DNA from: Clostridiales bacterium
GTDB lineage: Bacteria; Bacillota; Clostridia; Christensenellales; Borkfalkiaceae
Direction of reading: 5' to 3'
DNA length: 64,000 nt
Assembly: GCA_003538975.1 (NCBI GenBank)
Contig: DPQQ01000007.1
Span: forward strand, 17,408 to 81,407
Positions 8,901 through 17,787 of this stretch are shown piece after piece. Position numbers and translations under genes: made by a program. The stretch's first letter is position 1. Each line of letters starts with the position of its first letter. The notes beneath the pieces were generated by a model. The model ran no database searches and was not told the DNA's origin. It was given only the letters and a program-made list of their open reading frames with translations.

Positions 8901-10163
8901 ATGTTTGTAGACAGAGTAAAAATCATAGTAAAAGCCGGTAACGGCGGCGACGGAGCGACTTCGTTTCTGCACTTCAAAGGCGTGGTGAACGGCGGACCGG
9001 ACGGCGGAGACGGCGGAAAGGGCGGCGACGTCATAATCGTAGCCGACAAAAAAGTTTCGAGTCTTCTCGAATTTTATTATAAAACCAAATTCTTTGCGGG
9101 TAACGGCGAAAACGGTTCGTCCAAGAACTGTTTCGGCAAGGCGGGCGACGATATAGTTCTGCACGTTCCTTTAGGCACCGTGGTTTACGACGAAGAAACC
9201 GGTTCCGTTGTACAGGACTTTTTCTATGACGGGCAGAAGAAAACCATTCTTACCGGCGGCGAAGGCGGTAAAGGCAATGCGAGATTCGTAACCAGCAGAA
9301 GACACGCTCCGCACTTTTCGCAGAGCGGCGAACAGACCGAACGCGTAAACCTTATCATGGAGCTTAAAACCATTGCGGACGTAGGTCTTATAGGCTTCCC
9401 GAACGTAGGAAAGTCAACTCTTTTATCCAAAGTAACCGCGGCGAGACCGAAGATAGCCAATTATCACTTCACGACGTTATCGCCCAATCTCGGCGTGGTA
9501 AAATATTACGACGACAGCTTTACTATGGCGGATATTCCCGGACTTATCGAAGGCGCTTCGGAAGGCGCGGGACTCGGCATAGACTTTTTAAAGCATATCG
9601 AAAGAACAAGAATGCTCGTTCACGTCGTCGATATTTCGGGTTCGGAAGGCAGAGATCCTTATGAAGATTATAAAAAAATCAATAAGGAACTTGCGTCTTA
9701 TAGTAAAGAACTCGCTTCGCTGAAACAGATTATCGCGCTCAATAAGTGCGATTTTCCGGGGGCGGAAGAAAATATCAAAAACTTTAAAAAACACGTACGC
9801 GGCAAAAAAATCGTACCGATAACCGCAATAACGGGAGAAGGAACGAAAGAGCTTTTGGACGCGATATGGGCGGAACTTTCCGTTCTGCCGCCGCTTAAAC
9901 CGCTCGAATACGAAGAATTCGAATACGCAAAACCCGAATCTTTATCTTACGAAATAGAACAGACAGAGCCGGACGTTTTCGAAATAACGGGCACGCTCGT
10001 GGACGTACTTAAAAGAAACGTAGTCGTTTCGGACATGCACTCTTTCGCGTACATGCAGAAGGTGCTTAAGGACAGGGGAATATTCAAAGAACTCAGAAAA
10101 ATGGGTGCAAAAGAAGGCTCGACGATCGTTATTGCCGATACCGAATTTGAATATTACGACTAA
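8901..10163 (+). CDS. obg: GTPase Obg
   Basis: Gly-rich Obg fold GNGGDGATSF...GGPDGGDGGKGG is present, with the GFPNVGKST P-loop and a C-terminal OCT domain. Confidence 0.95.
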   Translation: MFVDRVKIIVKAGNGGDGATSFLHFKGVVNGGPDGGDGGKGGDVIIVADKKVSSLLEFYYKTKFFAGNGENGSSKNCFGKAGDDIVLHVPLGTVVYDEETGSVVQDFFYDGQKKTILTGGEGGKGNARFVTSRRHAPHFSQSGEQTERVNLIMELKTIADVGLIGFPNVGKSTLLSKVTAARPKIANYHFTTLSPNLGVVKYYDDSFTMADIPGLIEGASEGAGLGIDFLKHIERTRMLVHVVDISGSEGRDPYEDYKKINKELASYSKELASLKQIIALNKCDFPGAEENIKNFKKHVRGKKIVPITAITGEGTKELLDAIWAELSVLPPLKPLEYEEFEYAKPESLSYEIEQTEPDVFEITGTLVDVLKRNVVVSDMHSFAYMQKVLKDRGIFKELRKMGAKEGSTIVIADTEFEYYD

Positions 10164-10295
10164 TTTACGCCGCTTTATAAGCGACCTGTGTCGCCGAAAT
10201 ATAACCAAATATTTCATAAAGCAAATATAACCAAAGTTTTCATAAAATAATTATTGAACAGTATAAAAACAGTCTTTGAAAGTTAAGGAGAAAAA

Positions 10296-10595
10296 ATGTT
10301 TACATCAAAAGAAAGAGCGAAGTTAAGAGCTATCGCTTCGACCGAAGATACTATAATGCAGGTAGGTAAGTCCGGTATAAGCGATAATCTCGTCGCCGCG
10401 CTCTCGGACGCGCTTAATGCGAGAGAGCTTATAAAAATTTCGGTACTCGACAACAGTCCCGATGAAGTAACAGCCGTCGGCAGGGAACTGTCGGAAAAGC
10501 TGAACGCGGAATTTGTGTGCGCCATAGGCAAAAAAGTGGTTTTGTACCGTTATTCCGATAAAAAGGGCGTAAAACACGTCGAATATAAGGCTTAA
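10296..10595 (+). CDS. yhbY: YhbY/CRS1 family RNA-binding protein
   Basis: The 99-aa CRM domain reads KLRAIA...VGKSGISDNLV. It keeps the Bacillus obg-yhbY-nadD-yqeK-rsfS neighbourhood. Confidence 0.85.
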   Translation: MFTSKERAKLRAIASTEDTIMQVGKSGISDNLVAALSDALNARELIKISVLDNSPDEVTAVGRELSEKLNAEFVCAIGKKVVLYRYSDKKGVKHVEYKA

Positions 10596-10648
10596 TCGTT
10601 TCTGGCTTTAATCGGACGGAATATCCGGCAGCATAATACGCAAAATAT

Positions 10649-10680
10649 AAGCGGGAGAGTTTTCTTCCGCTTGTTATTTT
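10649..10680 (+). terminator. Candidate terminator (aagcggga-gagttttc-ttccgctt-gttatttt)
   Basis: Hairpin with one mismatch, followed by a T-rich tract. Confidence 0.45.
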
Positions 10681-10881
10681 AAATGATATTACCGCTTAAT
10701 CGTAACGAATAATATTGAACGCCGGCTTATAGTCTGAATATAATTTTGATTTATACCGAAATATTCGCAATAATATTTATACGATAACTTAAATTTAAAT
10801 GTCGAAAATATTCGTTTTATAAAAAAAGTAACGGAATTCTTAAAAAAGTAAAAAAATATTTTAAAAAAGTGGCAAAAACGG

Positions 10882-10910
10882 TTGACATAGCGAATATTAT
10901 AGGATATAAT
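10882..10910 (+). promoter_or_regulatory. Perfect consensus sigma-A promoter TTGACA-N17-TATAAT
   Basis: Both hexamers are exact with a 17-bp spacer. It lies about 130 nt upstream of the ATG at 11041. Confidence 0.55.
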
Positions 10911-11040
10911 GGCATTAAATTCTTAAAAGAAAGTATATTTTTACTTTTTTACAGTCGGTTTTCATCCGGCGAAAAACGACTATCCGAGAGATATGGTTTA
11001 TAAAAAGTAAAGTATATAAATTCGTAAAAGGAGGAAAAAT

Positions 11041-12303
11041 ATGAACGCAAAAAAGAAAGCTCTTAAAGAGACGGCGGCAAATCAGATGCCAGAAAAGAAG
11101 CAGGAAGTAATCTATATAGACGACTTGTTCAACAAAAAAACAGACAACACTTACGTTACCCTTCCGGATACTTCGACAGAAGCGAAGAATACCGACGAAG
11201 TAATGAAGGCGGCTAAAAAGAGACTTAATCTCGAAGGCTGGATACAGGCGCTTTTGTCGGGCGGCATAGTTGCTCTTCTTGCAACGTTTGCGGTTTCGAT
11301 GGTATTCTGGGCGATAGGCGCATCTAAATACTGGATAGCGTTCATAGTTCTCGGTGCGGTTTTCGCCGCAGCGACGCCGATTTTCTTCTTCTGTAAATAT
11401 CGTCCCGACGAAAAGGCGGTCGCGAAAAGATTGGACGAGCTCGGACTTGACGAAAGAGTTCTTACGATGGAAGAGCTTAAAGGCAACGATTCGTTCATGG
11501 CGAAACGTCAGAGAACCGATACCGTACGTTCGTTAGGAAAGGTAAAAGCAAATCTCCTTAAAATAGTCGCTTCGGTACCGCTTATTATATTATGCACTAC
11601 CGCGTTTATACTCGGCGGCGGTATGACTACCGTTTCGGGACTTACGGCTGCGGGGTATGTAAAGAGCGGCAAAGATATAGCTCAGGATATAGACGACGCC
11701 AATAAACCCGTTTATGAAGTAAAATATAGCGTTGAGGCAAGAGAAGCCTCACAGGAGGACAGCTTTTTTGGTGGATTCTCTATTATGTTCGACGTTCATA
11801 AAGGCGTGGGCGGAGAGATCATCGGTGAAGAAGAACAGCTGGTAACTCAAGGCGAAGACGCTACTGAAGTAACAGTAGTAGAATATGAAGGTTACGTATT
11901 TTACGCATGGTCAGACGGCGTTCAATCGCCAACGAGAACAGATTTAAATGTTCAGGGCGATATAAGCATTACGGCTATATTCGTAAAAATGGACGAGAAT
12001 GAAGATAGTGACGGTAACGGCGATGGCGATCCTTCCGACGGCGAACCCAGTGAGAAGGAACCTGGAGACAAGGAACCGAGCGATAATAACAGCGACGGCA
12101 ACGGAAAAGACGATACTAACTTGGACAACACTGCAAGTACCGATTCGAGAAACCAGGTTTTGAACGGAAAAACATATTACGGCGGAAAGAATTACGACGA
12201 AGCTAAAAGCGAAGCTTCTGATAAAGCATCCAAAGACGGCAACATGTCTTCCGATAAGAAAAATCTTATAAACGATTATTTCGAAGCCATCAAGAAAAAC
12301 TAA
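11041..12303 (+). CDS. Hypothetical membrane protein with an acidic low-complexity C-terminus (420 aa)
   Basis: RBS aaaggagg is present. Two pairs of transmembrane helices are followed by a D/E/S/G-rich tail. Confidence 0.6.
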   Translation: MNAKKKALKETAANQMPEKKQEVIYIDDLFNKKTDNTYVTLPDTSTEAKNTDEVMKAAKKRLNLEGWIQALLSGGIVALLATFAVSMVFWAIGASKYWIAFIVLGAVFAAATPIFFFCKYRPDEKAVAKRLDELGLDERVLTMEELKGNDSFMAKRQRTDTVRSLGKVKANLLKIVASVPLIILCTTAFILGGGMTTVSGLTAAGYVKSGKDIAQDIDDANKPVYEVKYSVEAREASQEDSFFGGFSIMFDVHKGVGGEIIGEEEQLVTQGEDATEVTVVEYEGYVFYAWSDGVQSPTRTDLNVQGDISITAIFVKMDENEDSDGNGDGDPSDGEPSEKEPGDKEPSDNNSDGNGKDDTNLDNTASTDSRNQVLNGKTYYGGKNYDEAKSEASDKASKDGNMSSDKKNLINDYFEAIKKN

Positions 12304-12316
12304 ACGATAAAAAGTA

Positions 12317-12350
12317 AAATCGCCGGACAATCCGGCGATTTTTAGTTTTT
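12317..12350 (+). terminator. Rho-independent terminator (aaatcgccgga-caa-tccggcgattt-tt)
   Basis: Perfect 11-bp stem plus a T-run. Confidence 0.85.
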
Positions 12351-12464
12351 GATAAAAAATCAAAATCGATTGTATTTTTATTTTGTATTTAATGAAGAAT
12401 TTATAAAAAGTTATTTTTTACTGCGGCCGGCGAATTCAGACAAAATTAAAAAATTTAAGTACGC

Positions 12465-12493
12465 TTGCAATTCCGCCCGCGGCGGTTTATAAT
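12465..12493 (+). promoter_or_regulatory. Sigma-A-type promoter TTGCAA-N17-TATAAT upstream of the ECF sigma gene
   Basis: Hexamers read directly. The leader to the start codon is long and AT-rich. Confidence 0.45.
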
Positions 12494-12616
12494 AAACTAA
12501 TAAGGCTTTATACCTTATAAAACAATATAAAATAAAAATTTAAATAAAATATTATAATAATTTATTACAATAATTGCGATAAAACTTGAATCTGAAAAGT
12601 TATTATATCGAAGAGG

Positions 12617-13258
12617 TTGAAAGTGGAGTTAACGACAATACAAAATACGCGCGATTTATGCCGTAATATTGATTTCAGCGAAAATCCGGAAGCGTTAGCT
12701 TGTCCTTCGCCCGAATTCAGGGGAAGGAACGACTACGTCGAAGCTCTGATAGCAGCGGTTGCCGAAGGCAATAAAAACGCTCTCGCCGCGCTTTATAAAG
12801 AAGTTTCTACCGACGTATACGCTTACGCTCTTTCAAAAACAAAAAACAAGGCGGACGCCGAAGACGTTTTGTCGGACACGTTCGTTCAGATTTATAAATA
12901 CGCCAAAAGATACGAAAATATGGGAAAGCCCATGGCATGGATACTGACCATAGCCACAAACCTTATAAATCGCCAGTTCAATCTTAAAAACAGAAGCGTT
13001 TCGCTCGAAGATAATCAGATTGCGGTTGACGGATCTAATTATATCGAGAGTTCCGAACAGACGACGGTCAACAATCTTTACGTTAAAGAAATGCTTGCAA
13101 AACTTAACGAAGAAGAAAGAGAAGTGGTGGTTCTTCATCTCGTATCGGGGCTTAAACACAGAGAAATAGCGAAGATGCTCGATAAACCGTTATCAACGAT
13201 TTTATCCAAATATAACAGAGCGATAGCCAAACTGAAAACCGTAAAGGGGAGTGTATGA
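12617..13258 (+). CDS. ECF-family RNA polymerase sigma factor (sigma-70 regions 2 and 4)
   Basis: Region 2 reads DAEDVLSDTFVQIYKY and the region 4 HTH reads LKHREIAKMLDKPLSTILSKYNRA. The start is the TTG from the ORF track, or the GTG one codon in, which has an AAGAGG RBS. Confidence 0.85.
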   Translation: MKVELTTIQNTRDLCRNIDFSENPEALACPSPEFRGRNDYVEALIAAVAEGNKNALAALYKEVSTDVYAYALSKTKNKADAEDVLSDTFVQIYKYAKRYENMGKPMAWILTIATNLINRQFNLKNRSVSLEDNQIAVDGSNYIESSEQTTVNNLYVKEMLAKLNEEEREVVVLHLVSGLKHREIAKMLDKPLSTILSKYNRAIAKLKTVKGSV

Positions 13259-14364
13259 ATAAAGATTTAAACGACAAATTAAAATCTGCGTTCGAATCCG
13301 AAACCCCCGACGTTTTAGCGGAAGTAATGGCTCGTCTGGACGATACCGTTCAGCTCGAAAAGGAACCGATCGTTTTAAGTGCGGTTACTTCCTCGAAAAA
13401 AGGGAAGCATGCCGAAAGAAGATTCAAATATAAACCGGCTTTCACCTTTTTAAGAAGTTGCGCTTACACCGCGATGATCGCCGCGGGCGTAATTATCGGG
13501 GGATTCGCAACGTTCGGATACAATCCGACGGAATACGCAATGACTGCTTCCGCTACGAGCGTTTATATAGACGTCAATCCGAGTATAGAGTTTTCGCTCG
13601 ACGAAGACGCAAACGTTTTAAGCGCGACGGCAATAAATAAAGACGGCGAAGAAGTATTAAACGGTATCGATCTTAAAAAAGAAGAATTCGGAACGATGAT
13701 AAAAACCGTTCTTCACGAAATGTATCAAAGCGGTTATATTCAGAGCGATTCGACGACGGTTCTTTTGAGTGTAGAAGGATCCGTTTCCGATAATTTTGTC
13801 CGCGGAATGGTAGGATCGGTTAACGAAGCGTTTAGAAAGTCCGGTAAAAAGTGCGCCGTAATCGCACAGAGAATAGCTCCCGGCGAAGACGTGATAAAAG
13901 ACGCAAAAGACAAAGGCGTTTCGGTAGGCAAGTATTCGCTTGTCAGAAAGTTGATAGACAAAGGAGCGGTTGCTCCTGATGTGAACGACGACAGAAATTT
14001 ATTCGGCGATCCGATTTCGGAACTTTGCAATATGCCTATAAAGGATCTGAGTCTTATGTATTCGACTTATGTAAATTACGCCGCCGGCGGAGATCCTTTT
14101 TCGGGCGACGTCGTGTATAAATCAGACGATTTTAATTTTTCCGGATATTGTGCCGTAAATAACGCGCTTACAAACGTACTTTCGAGAGAAGGCAAAACAC
14201 AGGAAGACGTTTTAAGCAAACGTATTTACGCCATAGCGGAGTTTCGCGGGGGAACGCCCGTAATGTACTATTATGTGTATATAAAATACGAATCCTCCCC
14301 TAATATTGAACATTTTTACAAGATAGACGCTTTAAGCGGAACGATTTCAGGAACCTGCGCATAA
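13255..14364 (+). CDS. Putative anti-sigma factor (short cytoplasmic N-terminus, one TM helix, large extracytoplasmic domain)
   Basis: The ATGA start/stop overlap with the sigma gene implies translational coupling. The single TM helix lies about 65 aa into the protein. Confidence 0.6.
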   Translation: MNKDLNDKLKSAFESETPDVLAEVMARLDDTVQLEKEPIVLSAVTSSKKGKHAERRFKYKPAFTFLRSCAYTAMIAAGVIIGGFATFGYNPTEYAMTASATSVYIDVNPSIEFSLDEDANVLSATAINKDGEEVLNGIDLKKEEFGTMIKTVLHEMYQSGYIQSDSTTVLLSVEGSVSDNFVRGMVGSVNEAFRKSGKKCAVIAQRIAPGEDVIKDAKDKGVSVGKYSLVRKLIDKGAVAPDVNDDRNLFGDPISELCNMPIKDLSLMYSTYVNYAAGGDPFSGDVVYKSDDFNFSGYCAVNNALTNVLSREGKTQEDVLSKRIYAIAEFRGGTPVMYYYVYIKYESSPNIEHFYKIDALSGTISGTCA

Positions 14365-14570
14365 CGAAAACGGTAAGGTTTCAGACATACAGGTCTTGTA
14401 AAAACGGTATACGCGATATGCGTTATTTAAAAAGCTTACCCCTCGGCAGTGTAAACTGCCGTACCCCTCCATAACCTTCCTCTCTAAGGATAAAAAGCCC
14501 GCGCGAAAGTACGGGTTTTTTATTTTAAAACTTTTTATCGGTTTTAAAAGAGCCGTTTAATTCCGTTTGA

Positions 14571-15413
14571 TTATATATCCGTCCCGCCGTAAAAGCGCGA
14601 AAACGCCGCCGAGATTACCAGAAAAAGCGAAAAAGTTACATAGTACGCTTTAAGCGGTGTAAAAAACGATAAAAACGCAAGCGTTATGCCCGCAAAAAGA
14701 AACTTGGAAGAGTTTTTCTTTTTTAAAAACTTTTTCAAAAATTCTTTGAACGAAAATTTTTTCTTTTCTTTTTCATACGCTATATCCGGGAAGTACCCCG
14801 AAGAGTCGAAAAAGTCGAAGGTCTTTTCCATATCCAAGACGGTTAAAAAGTTCAGCTTTTTCAAAAGAGTTTTCGCTTCTTCGGTTAGCTTGTCGCAAAA
14901 AAGCAAAGAGCTTTCGTAACTTGTAAAATCGTTTATGTTATTTGTCCGCATCGGGCAATGTTTTCTGGTCGTTTTAGCTATTTTTAACAGATCGTCCGCA
15001 GTAACTCCAGAATAATTAAAAATAGAAAAAATGCGTTTCCCGTCCAAGTACAAGTTCTTTTTTTTGTACGCTACGTCTATGTTTTTACGCTTTGCCGCCT
15101 TTTCGAGTTCGCAGAATATTGAAAAACGATCGGACAGACGGAAAAACTCTTTAAGAGCGGCTTCTTTCAATATATTTTCGGACTTTTTAATAAAAAGGGC
15201 GTTTTTGTTTTTAAGACGGAAAAACGAAAATATTCCCGCCGTGAAAGCTAAAACTATGCTTACTGCGATAAGAGTTTTTCCTTTAAAAAAGTACGCGCCC
15301 GTTACCATAAAAAGAGCGAGAGCCGCAAAAAAATAAAATACGGAGTCGCCTATGATTTTAAAAAGTTTAATCAAGATTGCGATAATTTTCCTTTTTTTAC
15401 GATTTATTACCAA
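14571..15413 (-). CDS. Hypothetical AT-rich membrane protein, possibly with a NERD/PD-(D/E)xK-like central domain
   Basis: TM helices flank a Lys-rich core containing D...LDGK. Codon usage is AT-skewed relative to neighbouring genes. Confidence 0.45.
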   Translation of the reverse strand: MVINRKKRKIIAILIKLFKIIGDSVFYFFAALALFMVTGAYFFKGKTLIAVSIVLAFTAGIFSFFRLKNKNALFIKKSENILKEAALKEFFRLSDRFSIFCELEKAAKRKNIDVAYKKKNLYLDGKRIFSIFNYSGVTADDLLKIAKTTRKHCPMRTNNINDFTSYESSLLFCDKLTEEAKTLLKKLNFLTVLDMEKTFDFFDSSGYFPDIAYEKEKKKFSFKEFLKKFLKKKNSSKFLFAGITLAFLSFFTPLKAYYVTFSLFLVISAAFSRFYGGTDI

Positions 15414-15586
15414 AAGAATAAAAATTATACTTTTACCGCACGTATGCCGGCAAGTTTTATTTGATAAAAATAGTTTTTAATAAAAGTAGCGGCAGACCTT
15501 GTAAAAAAATCGTTTAAATGGTATAATTTTATCGTCGGAGGAGCTTGCTTTTTTGAGGCGGAGCGTAATCCGGCAAAGGAAAACAT

Positions 15587-16714
15587 ATGAAGATAGGATT
15601 ATTCGGCGGAACGTTCGATCCCGTTCACGACGAACACGTTAAAATCGTAACCACCGCCATAGCCGAACTTAATCTGGATAAGGTAATCGTTCTTCCTGCG
15701 TACGTCTCGCCTTTTAAAGACAGAGCGGACACAAGTTCCGAAGAAGACCGCCTTAATATGGTAAGGCTCGCTTTTGACGGAATCGAAAGGGTTGAAGTTT
15801 CCGATTACGAAATAAAAAAGGCCGCCGTCAGTTATACGAGCGAGACGGTAACCTATTTTAACAAGCTGTATAAAAAGGACGATCTGTATTTTATAATGGG
15901 CGAAGACAGCCTTAAAACTTTCAGGAAATGGAACCGCCCCGACGTTATCGTAAAAAATGCCGAAATAGTCGTTTGCGGAAGATACGGAAGTTACGTCGAT
16001 TTTGACGCCGAACAGAATTACTTCGACCTTCATTACGGTAAAAAGTTTATAAAGACGGATTACGAAGGCTCTTCGGTATCGTCCACCAAAGTAAGAACGT
16101 ATTCGAGACTTAACATTCCGCTCGGCGGCATGGTCCCCGAAAAGGTCGGAAAGTATATTAAAGAAAAGAATCTCTACGGAGTGAACGATTATACCGAATA
16201 TTTAAGATCGGTTCTTACCGAAAAGAGACTTATCCACACCGCAAACGTCGTTACCGCCGCGCTTATAAAAGGAAAAGAATTAAAGCTCGATTCCGAAAAA
16301 GTCGAACTTGCGGCAACGCTTCACGACCATGCGAAGTATCTCGATCCCGAAAATTACAAAAACTTCAGATACAAAGGAATTCCGCAGCAGGTCGTACACG
16401 CGTATCTCGGCGCGTATCTTGCCGAAACCGAACTCGGAATTACGGACAGGGACGTTCTGGACGCGATAAAATATCACACGACCGCAAAGGCAGGCATGAC
16501 GGACCTTCAGAAGCTTATTTTTACTGCGGACATGATTGAAGACGGCAGAGATTACGACGGAGTCGAAAGACTCAGGGAGCTTTTTTATACCGAGGCTCTG
16601 GACGTATCCTTCAAGGCGTGCTTAAAAGAAGAATGCGAACATCTCGCCGCGAAAGGTTACGAACTTTTCGTAGAAACGCTGAACGCGGCTAAATACTACT
16701 TAAAAAACAAATAA
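15587..16714 (+). CDS. nadD: Bifunctional fusion: nicotinate-nucleotide adenylyltransferase NadD (N-terminal) with HD-domain phosphohydrolase YqeK (C-terminal)
   Basis: GGTFDPVH is the nucleotidyltransferase motif. The C-terminal HD domain carries LHDHAKY. There is no stop codon between the two halves. Confidence 0.9.
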   Translation: MKIGLFGGTFDPVHDEHVKIVTTAIAELNLDKVIVLPAYVSPFKDRADTSSEEDRLNMVRLAFDGIERVEVSDYEIKKAAVSYTSETVTYFNKLYKKDDLYFIMGEDSLKTFRKWNRPDVIVKNAEIVVCGRYGSYVDFDAEQNYFDLHYGKKFIKTDYEGSSVSSTKVRTYSRLNIPLGGMVPEKVGKYIKEKNLYGVNDYTEYLRSVLTEKRLIHTANVVTAALIKGKELKLDSEKVELAATLHDHAKYLDPENYKNFRYKGIPQQVVHAYLGAYLAETELGITDRDVLDAIKYHTTAKAGMTDLQKLIFTADMIEDGRDYDGVERLRELFYTEALDVSFKACLKEECEHLAAKGYELFVETLNAAKYYLKNK

Positions 16715-16747
16715 AAAAAAGCCGCTTTGGCGGCGAGCGGAGAAAAT

Positions 16748-17107
16748 ATGACATCAAAAGAACTTTCAAGAAAAATAGGCGAATTTTTACTCGAAAAAAA
16801 AGCGTCCGACGTTATGAGCATCGACATCGAAGAAAAGAGCATAGTAGCGGACTATTACGTTCTCGCAACGGCTAAGTCTTCGCCTCACGTAAAAGCGCTT
16901 TCGGAATATCTCGAAGAAGAAATGGATAAGTACGGCGTTTCTGCCGTAAGAAGAGAAGGCACCCGCGAAGGCAGATGGGCGGTAATAGACTTCGGCGACG
17001 TAGTTGTTCATATTTTCAACGACGAAACGAGACTTTTTTATAATCTCGAAAAGCTCTGGGGCGACGGCGGAAACGTTTATAAATTCACCGACGACGATAA
17101 AGAATAA
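16748..17107 (+). CDS. rsfS: Ribosomal silencing factor RsfS (Iojap)
   Basis: The DYYVLATAKSSPHVKALSEY...WAVIDFGDVVVHIF stretch matches the family. RBS ggagaaaat precedes the ATG at 16748. Confidence 0.85.
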   Translation: MTSKELSRKIGEFLLEKKASDVMSIDIEEKSIVADYYVLATAKSSPHVKALSEYLEEEMDKYGVSAVRREGTREGRWAVIDFGDVVVHIFNDETRLFYNLEKLWGDGGNVYKFTDDDKE

Positions 17108-17187
17108 GTTTTTCGGAAGCTGTTTCGGTCGTGCCGTTTTGACAGAATATTGCCGGATAAACCAAAAAGCGGCAAAATCAAAGTAAT

Positions 17188-17451
17188 TTAATCCCGGTTT
17201 CCGGACGACTTTTTAAATGAAATTCTCGTAATTCCGTCCGGATCTATCACTATGGTTTTGCCCTGTTGCCTTTTCCTTTTAGGTTTGACAGGCGGCTTTT
17301 GTTCTTTCTCAGGCTCTTTGCGGGTGCGCTTAAAATCAAAGCGTATCCCTAAGAAGTCGAAAGCGGCTTTCATGCCGAAAACGATTATAAAACTTATTAT
17401 AAAAATAAATACGGTCCATAAAAAACCGTTTATCACGTTCAGACTTTCCAT
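17188..17451 (-). CDS. Hypothetical small membrane protein (87 aa)
   Basis: One TM helix is followed by a basic tail. There is no homology anchor. Confidence 0.35.
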   Translation of the reverse strand: MESLNVINGFLWTVFIFIISFIIVFGMKAAFDFLGIRFDFKRTRKEPEKEQKPPVKPKRKRQQGKTIVIDPDGITRISFKKSSGNRD

Positions 17452-17639
17452 AACGCAAGTTTAGCAATAAATATAGCGAAAATCATGTAAAAAAACGGCG
17501 CAATATGTAAAAAGACGGAGAAACGTTCAAATAAACCGAAAAAGTTATTCAAGTTCTTGCATATCGCGAAAAAATGTGATATAAAATAACTGTACTGTTC
17601 CGGACGGCTGAAAACATGTCCGGGCAAGAAAACAAAATA

Positions 17640-17787
17640 ATTTTAAATTCTTTGGGGTGAGGCGTAATTCCTTACCGGCAGTATAGTCTGCGAGCCTTGC
17701 GGCACGATTCGGTGCGATTCCGAAACCGACGGTAACAGTCCGGATGGTAAAAGAATCGTTTTTTCGCGCCCCGAAAGGGGCTTTTTT
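17640..17787 (+). promoter_or_regulatory. FMN riboswitch (RFN element) with terminator / RBS-sequestering hairpin
   Basis: ggggtgaGGcgtAATTCCttACCGGCaGTAtAGTCtGCGAg...GATTCCGaaaCCGACgGTaAcAGTCCGGATGgtaAAAGAa matches the RFN consensus. The hairpin cgcgcccc-gaaa-ggggc-tttttt abuts the ATG. A TTGCAT-N17-TATAAA promoter lies at about 17565. Confidence 0.85.
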
